From contig OZ024741.1 in NCBI GenBank assembly GCA_964016885.1, positions 177,010,001 to 177,074,000 on the forward strand: a DNA stretch of 64,000 nucleotides, read 5' to 3'. Made by a program: the position numbers and the translations under genes. The notes beneath the pieces are model-generated. The model was not told the DNA's origin, ran no database searches, and worked only from the letters and a program-made list of their open reading frames with translations. This DNA comes from Eledone cirrhosa (lineage: Eukaryota). Every line of letters starts with the position of its first letter. Position 1 is the first letter of the stretch. Of this stretch, positions 56,001 through 64,000 are shown piece after piece.

Positions 56001-56407
56001 AAAGAGCGGGACGTTCCAAGAAAGGTCTCCAGACGTCTGAAGAAATCTGGCCGTCCTGCCCCTGCTGGGGCGTAAACGGCTACTAGCCTGAAAGCATTGC
56101 CTTCGCTGCCGGTCACGTCCAGCACCGCCGACTTACCTTCTGGATCCAGGAAGATGGCCCGTATCGCGAGATCCAAGCCTCTCCGAAAAAGGACGGTAAC
56201 CCCTCCCCCCGATCCTGGACGGATGGGAGATGCGTATACATCGTAGCCGCCGAAGATCGGTGCTAAGGCCCGTGCCTCGGAGATCCTGGTTTCACTGAAC
56301 GCCACCACATCTATGTTTAGTGACCTGAGGTCATTGAGCAGGTGACCCTGCTTCCAAGATAACCCCAGGCCACGTGCATTTATACTGCCTATTCTGAGTA
56401 CAGCCAT
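53010..56407 (-). pseudogene. ORF2: AP endonuclease + reverse transcriptase + C-terminal zinc motif
   Basis: SINARGL, VAFSETR, VYAP, VGDWNG, SYLDRV, KSPGLEG, LDQSKAFDRV, AYADD, CPRC..ETVVHALVQC; in-frame TAG at 54710 (GAG in the neighbouring copy) and a frameshift near 53740. Confidence 0.95.
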
Positions 56408-56515
56408 GTTGGATGAGAAACGGGGCAGATGAGAAAGGGTCACTTACCTTGTTCGTGTGGTCAAGGGAGAGTAGAACCGTCCCTTTCGCTGGTCATGGGT
56501 GTTTCCAAGAGGATG

Positions 56516-58751
56516 TCAGTGAATATCCTCTTGGTAACCGTCCCTCTGAAGTCTCCAACTGCGTTGAGGAATTTTTGTTATAAAGATTTGTTTTGTTCTA
56601 ATGAGATTTCGATGATGCTTATGTTTGTCGGGAGAGTTCTTGGTGTTGGTGGGGTGTAGTAATTTTTTTCCGTGATGTCTGTGTTCTGCTTTATATATTT
56701 TATGAGTTCTTCTTTTGCTATGTTTATGGCTGTGTACTTTTTGGTGGGAGGGGTGATTATGTTGCCGTTTTCTTCTTGTTGCTGTTTGCTGTGTATGTCT
56801 TGTTGTGTTTGCGTTGTTGGTGTTTGTGGTGGTGTTGCTGCAAGTTTCCTTGCTGCCCTTACCCCTCTTTGTATGCCTTCGCTTTTGTAGGGTGAATCTA
56901 AGGGTTTGTTCCTGTTTTTTTTTGTTTTGTGGCAGATTGGTTGCCACGTCACTCCCGCCTTAAACTCCATGTTGGGTTCTGTGGCGTCTGGGAGGGGTAT
57001 GTGTTCCACGGCTGTTGGTGGTGGTAGTGGAGCCCTCTTCGGCAATGTTGTTGCTGGTGTAGCTATTTCTAATGTAGCTATTGGTGTTGCCGCTAGTGAT
57101 GATGCTGCTTTAGTTATCCGTGGCCTTGGTACTGGTGCTACGGACGTTTCCCTCCTACTCACCGTGGAAGGGGCTTCTTCGTTTGTTGCCTGTCCTGCTC
57201 TTGGTAGCAGCGGACCAGGTATTGGAAGGAGAGGGGCCCTCTTCGGTGTCTTCTGCGGGCAAAAGGCACTGAGGTGACCTTTCGACCCACAGAGATAACA
57301 TTGTGGCCGTCTTCCTTCTACACTTATAGGGAGTTGGAGACCTTCCTCAAAGTCTATGATATCGGGGATAGCCTCGATACATTCCTGGTCAGTTTGTATA
57401 AGCATTTGCATGCCTATACCTGACCAGTTCTCACTCCCTATTTTTTCTACTTGCAGCATGGTCGCCTTGTTCTCAATTCCAGAAAGGACAGACGCGGCCA
57501 GCCAAGGTATGGGCAAGTCGGGTGGGACCTGGGTCACTTTGACCCTCACAATTTTCTGCCCGCAGTAGGAGGGCACCAAGACTAACTCCTCACTCTTTAA
57601 GGTTTCCAAAGAGTGAGACTTTGCTTCCTGGGGGTGGCGAAAAGTACGTCTACTGTGGCGTACTTTCTGCCTCGGGTGATGTGGGTTTTGCGTGCCCAGA
57701 CGCACCCCAAGACCTTTTGGATTTGAGCCTCCGTGACTCTCTCCACTCGATGTGACATTTTGCTTACGGTGCGGTAAGTCACCGTTCGTAGCTGCTGGTC
57801 CTTGAAAAAATCGGGTGGAGGCTTCAGGGAGACTCTATTTGCGCTTCTTGTCACCATGGCCCTTGCCACTGCCATCTCCTCCTCTGTGACTAACACTGTC
57901 TCGATATTTCGGGCGACACCTGCAAAAGAAGAGGTCCCTCTTTCAGCAGCAACACTATTGCTGCCGCTACTGGTGTTACTGGTGGTGCTTAGGTCGCTAT
58001 TACAGGTATCGGTGTCATTGTTGATGTTTTCGTTGGTACAGTTGTTGCTATTGTTCTTGTTGTTGTTTTCGTTGATACTGTTGCTGTTGTTACTGTTATT
58101 GTGGCTGTTGTTATTATTGTTGTTTTTGTTGATACTGTTCCTACTATTATTGTTGTTGTGGCTGTTGTTATTGTCATTGTTATTGTCGTTCTCGACATTA
58201 CCGCTGTTATTTTTGCTATTGTCGTTCTCGACCTTACCGCTGTTATTTTTGCTATTGTCGTTCTCGACATTACCGCTGTTATTTTTGCTATTGTCGTTCT
58301 CGACCTTACCGCTGTTATTTTTGCTATTGTCGTTCTCGACCTTACCGCTGTTATTTTTGCTATTGTCGTTCTCGACATTACCGCTGTTATTTTTGCTATT
58401 GTCGTTCTCGACCTTACCGCTGTTATTTTTGCTATTGTCGTTCTCGACCTTACCGCTGTTATTTTTGCTATTGTCGTTCTCGACATTACCGCTGTTATTT
58501 TTGCTATTGTCGTTCTCGACCTTACCGCTGTTATTTTTGGTGTTGTTGTTGGTGATGTTGTTGGTGTTATTGTTGGTGTTGTTTGTGTCAGAAATATTTG
58601 TTAATTTTAAATCTGTAACAATCTTTTTTTCCTTTGTAATATTTTCGTTTATATTTACCTCCGCTGGAACGCTGTCTTGTTGACATGCTGATAAAGTCTC
58701 CCTCTCTCTGTGTTGTCTGACAGCGCTCTCTCTCTTGTTTGTGTTATCCAT
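56516..58751 (-). pseudogene. ORF1 (gag-like, CCHC zinc knuckle) with Asn-rich N-terminus
   Basis: CYLCGSKGHLSAFC; two long frames join across a C5 run at ~57630; the exact C-terminus is uncertain. Confidence 0.8.
58180..58538 (-). repeat. 36-bp minisatellite, 10 copies, coding KNNSG(K/N)VENDNS
   Basis: Directly visible within ORF1. Confidence 0.97.
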
Positions 58752-58974
58752 GTTGTAATTTTTCAAAAAGTATTTTTACACGAATACGACACCCCGTAAA
58801 GGGGTGCCGTATTATTTACTTATGAACCCCTGTATTAGGTGGGTCACTTCTTCTATACTTTTATCAAAATTAAAACTAGAATAAAAGGTTTAGAACGGTT
58901 GAAAAAGAGGTTAAACGTTGAAAAAGACTGGAGGGATAAGAAGCGTGGCGTCACCAAACAATAATACTAATAAT

Positions 58975-61900
58975 GCTTTCTTTATTAACCACAAGGGTTT
59001 ACATAAAGTAGACATTAAGGACAGTACAGGACAATACAGGACGGTACAAATGGGCATTCCTGCGTGTAAAAAAACAGAGGATGCAATAAAAAATAACAAT
59101 GAAAAGTTCCCCAATAGGGGGGAAATTTCCGAGGGACATTTGAGGAGAAAGCCCATTAAAAGACCACAATGACCCTGACCACCAGGGCAAGTGCCCTCTC
59201 CCAATTTTCCACCTTCAATTTACATACACATACTGAGAGTAGGACCATTCACTCGGGCCATACTTGCCTCTCTCACCCATCTTTCAACAAAATGCTGGGA
59301 AGAGAGCACTTCCCTCTCTACCCTGATTTTCCTTTTCAAATGAAATTTGAAAAAGTTAATCAGGGCATCACCGAAGAGGTAAGTGCTCGTTTCAGCCCTT
59401 TCAAACATGTCCACCATACTATCTCTTTAGCCATGGCCACTAGATAGATAAAATTTGCCTGCCCTTCCCGGCTAAAGGAAGAGGGCAGTGCAATCCTCAC
59501 GAAGGACTCAGCTGATAGCTGGATCTGTCTTACACGTGACAGCAGTTGTTCGACATAAACCCACAAGTCAGCAATGCTCGGACACTGGACGAGTGCGTGC
59601 AGGACGGGTCGTCGCCCAGCGCGCATCTCGGACATGCCCGGCTGAAGCACTTCCATGCCTGTAGAGTTTATCCAGAACTGGCAAAGCTCATCGGTAGCAC
59701 TGACAGGCCAGGGTTTGCTGGAAGTTGTCCATAGGCCCCGGCCCGAAAGTCCTTCCGAAGAGATTGGCTAGTTGATTTTCGTCGACGCCTAGTTTTTTTC
59801 CAAGTACGTCGTGGCTCTTTCCCTCCACTAATCCTCTATAGAACGCCAAGGTGGAGTTTCCACCGATCACATTGCCCGATTGGTCGAGGGCTATGAGCAC
59901 CTGAAGACATTTCAGTCCCCAAGCGCTCCCTCTCAGTCTTCGCTTGACCCAGGACTGCAGTTCCGTCAAGGAGACGAGCTGGGGAAAGACGTCTCTAGCC
60001 AACGGCGACCACACCTGATCACTGTCGAGGAAGAGGTGGAATGTCGGAGGCTGAGCGCGTGTCTTCGCATCATCGGCTACGGCATGCCCAGCCTTCCACG
60101 TAGCGGGAGTTGACAGCAGATGGACCGCCTGACCATCGGAGCGCGTCTCTTCCACAAAAAGCGAAAGAGCAAAGGCGCCAGCGCAGTCAGGCGGGGCTTA
60201 GGAAAAGGTACGACGGTCAGGCGGTAGTAGATGACGGACGCGATGTACGCGTTAGCCACCTCCGCTCGACCTTTCAGGGATAGCTTCCTCTCCGCCCATT
60301 TCTGGGTGAGAGAAGCCACCCTGCCCGTCACCTCGTCCCAGTTTTTGTCCGTCTGGAGGTCCGGACCGAACCAGACCCCTAGCAATTTAACCGGTCCGTT
60401 CGTCCAGCGCCCGACGACGCTGTTGGACGGCATGGACCTGCCTCTCCAGGTGCCGAGCTGCAGGCCCACTGACTTTTCCTGGTTGATCATTGCTCCTATC
60501 ACCGCTTCGTATACTCTTAGTGTAGCACCGATCACCTCGATGTGTTTGGCGTTCGACACCACTACCGTGACATCGTCCGCATATGCTGACACGGATCTTC
60601 CGCATCCTAGTTGGTGTGGGACCCCCCTCAACGTCTCCAGTTTGTGCAGTAATGGCTCGAGAGTCAATACGTGCAAGAGGGACGAGAGGAGACATCCTTG
60701 GCGGACCGAGCGCATGATGTTGAACGGTTCCGAAAGGTGACCGTTCAGTCTCAGCACAGAGCAGATGCCGCTGTGCATGGCAGCGATCCAGCCTCTGAAG
60801 ACGGGCCCAAAGCCAGCCGCCCCCAGGAATGCCACTTGGTAACGATGGTCGACCCTATCGAAAGCTTTCGACTGGTCTAAATTGATCAAGAACCCACCCG
60901 TGCCAGGTTCCCAAGCTACCCTCTCTACGATGTATCGCATGAGGTGGAGGTTGTCGTGGATGGATCTGTCGGGAATGGCGCACGTCTGCGCCTCTCCCAC
61001 CAGACCACCAACGACAAGCCCCAACCTCTTTGCTAGAACCTTGGCCAAAATCTTGAAATCTGTGTTTAGCAGAGTTATAGGCCTGAAATTATCTATGTTA
61101 TCCCCCTTGTTCGGATCCTTTCTGAGCAGCGCCACAGCTCCTCGGCTCACAGAGCTGGGAATTCTCTCGTTCTGTTGCCAGTTGCAGTAGACGTCCGCCA
61201 AGAGGCCTCCGAACAAGTCTAGCATCTGTACATAAAGGTAATAGGGCAGACCATCCAAACCAGGCGATTTACCCCTTGTGCAGCCAGTCATTGCCTCCCG
61301 TACTTCCGCGGCTGTTATCGGTTTTCACAACACTCCACCTCAGTGGCCGAGAGCCGCGGCAGTCCGTCGAGGTAGACACTGAAGTCCATCCCTCGATCCG
61401 GCCCGCCGCTGTGTGAAGTGTCGCTGAAAAGCTTAACACATTTGCCCGGGATCGAGAAGCATGCGCCCGTCGTGGTCCACTAAAGACCGGATCGTGGCTT
61501 TGTTGCCACGCTGCGCCTCCGCAACTCGGGCCCATTGAACGGCTTTCGTCTCCTCGTGTCTGAGAGCACGCACACTAGCTCTGACAACGCAGCCTTCGTG
61601 CTTTGCATTGGAGAATTGGTCAAGGGCCAATTTCGCCGCAAGTACGTCGGTCGCGATGCCTTTGCTAAGAGCCTCGTTAATTTTCTAACTAATTCTCCCT
61701 CTGCTCTATTTTTCTCTATTGCTAAAGCCTTACTAAACCTAATGGACTCTATTCTAATTGCTATTTTCAGAGCACACCACCACTTGTTGTTGACGATGGC
61801 CCCCGTCAACGCCCACTTAATTAGTTCGCTAATCCGGTCTTTGTAGGCCTTGCACGCTGGTAAGGGCGCGTTTAGCTTCCAGTAGCCGGGTCCTCTTCTA

Positions 61901-62114
61901 TGAAGCCTATCTAAGTCAAGCACACAGATCAAGAATGTGTGTTCCGTGTAGCTGACTATCTTGAATTGTGGACAACCTATGCTAGACCTATCTATTTCCC
62001 TACGATTTGTCCAAGTCCACATTGGCACATTCGGGAAATCCAATCGGTACCTGTCAGACAGTTATAAACGCCTGAGCAGATTGGTGAGACTCTTGCACCC
62101 TCATCCCCTATCCA
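58975..62114 (-). mobile_element. Second L1/Tx1-like LINE, 5'-truncated, diverged subfamily
   Basis: Colinear with ~52720-55940; KSPGLDG, LDQSKAFDRV, RQGC, AYADD; many frameshifts; ends AATAAAGAAAGC followed by ATT-rich sequence. Confidence 0.93.
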
Positions 62115-62159
62115 CAGAGTGAGTGTGTGTTGTCAACATTTCTGAGAGTGTGTGATGTC

Positions 62160-62246
62160 AACATGTATATATCCTTGCGTATACTATCAATATACACACT
62201 GCACATTCCAGTAGAAAACCACCCGAAGGGTGGTTTTTCTGCTTGT
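62160..62246 (+). mobile_element. Helitron-like 3' hairpin end
   Basis: Reverse complement of ~19982-20070. Confidence 0.6.
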
Positions 62247-62559
62247 AGTAATTATGAAGAGTGCATTTACGTAACACCACACCAAATACGATAGAGAAAA
62301 TGATACATATTACGAAGACACAGAGGAAGACGTCTTACCCATCTAGAAAACTAGTATATAATAACCAATGTAGGATTCAAAAAATATCTAATAAAAATAT
62401 ACTGGAAAATAGCTCTGAAACATTAATAAATCGAAACCTTATTTTCTATCTACAAGGAAGCTAATAAATTCGAAACTGAAGCTGAATCAGCAGTTAATTA
62501 TGATTACGAAAAAAATCAAAATAAAGAAAATAAAACAGAAACTGTGAAAAAGATAACAT

Positions 62560-62880
62560 TCAAATTGAAAATAGATCTCCAGAATGCTATGCTAAAACTG
62601 TGATAAGAAAAAGCCTACATGACCAGTACCTACGAAAACTGAATAGACGAGAATTGGAAAGTAATATTTGAAAATATACGGGTTAAAATGCACTAAACCA
62701 AAGGCCGAGACAAAAGGATTTTTAATTGCAGTAGAAGATGAAAACATCCCCTAGGAAGCTAACAAAAATAGATGAAGCAATACTGTGGTGATAGGAAAGA
62801 AACAATTAACTATATTATCTGGGTGTCCATTCTTAAACTGAAATAGAATATACCTATAGGTATGATAGAGTAGACATTTA
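62560..62880 (+). pseudogene. Decayed C-terminus of an RLE-type (R4/Dong-like) LINE
   Basis: KSLHDQY, KAETKGFLIAVEDENIP, CGDRKETINYIISGCP; a similar fragment (EKSIHS..WSWLKR) lies at 63240-63440. Confidence 0.6.
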
Positions 62881-62931
62881 CATACAATGTAAATTGTGCC
62901 AACACTAAGACGTAGCAGCAGAAAATATATG

Positions 62932-63124
62932 GTACACAAGGCCAGCAATTTGAATGGAAGGAGCAAGTCGATTATATCGACCCCGATGCAATACTGGTTC
63001 CTCATTTTATTGACGCAGTAAGGATGAAGGGCGAAGGGATTTCAACACAGAATATAAGGGGCCATGACTAAATGCTGCTAAACAACGTGACCGACGCTCT
63101 CACGATTATGTCATTCCATCGCCA
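62932..63124 (-). mobile_element. Diverged SINE of a related subfamily
   Basis: Minus strand gcccttcatccttactgcgtcaataaaatg...ggggtcgatataatcgact...gctggccttgtgt. Confidence 0.75.
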
Positions 63125-64000
63125 TTATATAATAATAATGATGGTAATGGTGGAAGAGGTCTTATCATTATAGAGGACTATGTTCAGATAAGAAAGCAGT
63201 CTGTACAAATATGTATATGAGAGAAGGGAGCCAATGCTCAGAGTTGTACTGAAGGAGAGGGCAATAGACCAGGGGATGTCCAAGGAGGAAATAACAACAA
63301 AGAGGAAGAGCAGCCTTCATGAAAAATCCATTCATAGCACCATCTTTAAGAAAACGCAATTCAGAGACCCACAGATATGGAGCTGGTTAAAAAGAGACAT
63401 TAAAAAGCTACAGAAGGAATGCTAATGTCTGCACAGACTGTTATGAGATCAAGATCGTCTAGATTGTCATACAAGCACTAGACACTAGTTCGGCCTCATC
63501 TTTTGGAACATTTCAAAAGGCATGCTTGCTGGGAACAGCAAGAACCCTCCTATACGTCCTGAATATCTGCGGCTGCAGGAAGCGAAGAACCACACTGAGG
63601 TCGAAAAATCAGCAACAGGAACAACCCTCTTCCATACACTCCGCAATGACGCTCATACCAAGGACAGACTTCACAATGAGCCACAACGTGGCAACACCAA
63701 GGTACATGATAAAAAGCCACGACAAACATTGACCAGAGATGAATACATAGCAGTGATGGCTGCGTCCTATACTGCCATCCTGTTTCCGAGAGAGAACTCG
63801 TCAACGCAACAAACTTATAGTATCTGGAGGAATTTTAACCATATCTCCAGATATACATGGACATAGATGAGTTAGCTAATGTGAGAAGGGACATTATAAG
63901 GTACAAACGACTCACTGAATCAGAACCGGAAACCATTAAAGCAGAGATAAATGAGCAACATAACAACCCCGGTGACGAAAGAGACCTGCATACAACGGAA

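Larger units (their letters stand above)
52720..58955 (-). mobile_element. L1/Tx1-like non-LTR retrotransposon, near full length
   Basis: 5' UTR, ORF1, ORF2, 3' UTR ending AATAAAGAAATC(ATT)n. Confidence 0.93.

Noticed and set aside
58180-58538. CRISPR-like 36-bp array
   Set aside because: There are no unique spacers; it is a contiguous coding minisatellite in eukaryotic DNA.
63520-64000. Possible AP-endonuclease remnant of another LINE
   Set aside because: Only a frameshifted NICG/LQE-like hint, and it is cut by the window edge.

Overview
AT-rich, microsatellite-dense eukaryotic DNA made almost entirely of mobile elements; I can support no host protein-coding gene. The SINE family resembles octopod cephalopod SINEs, which is recognition rather than a database result. 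Main contents: (1) at least 8 unrelated families of Penelope-like element (PLE) remnants sitting in (TA)n tracts, most forming fold-backs (short inverted copy of the 3' end + body + 3' end + unique tail), many with type I hammerhead ribozyme (HHR) motifs; (2) an 8 kb minus-strand Helitron array of three head-to-tail units joined at CTAG|TC, the middle one a frameshifted RepHel gene, plus several non-autonomous Helitrons; (3) two tandem L1/Tx1-like LINEs on the minus strand ending in (ATT)n; (4) about 7 tRNA-type SINE copies, two with 18-bp target-site duplications; (5) decayed RTE-like and RLE-type LINE fragments. The most interesting signal is the population of ORF-less HHR-bearing fold-back units with family-fixed boundaries and a tail motif shared across families. 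All alignments and folds were done by eye, so coordinates may be off by a few bases.
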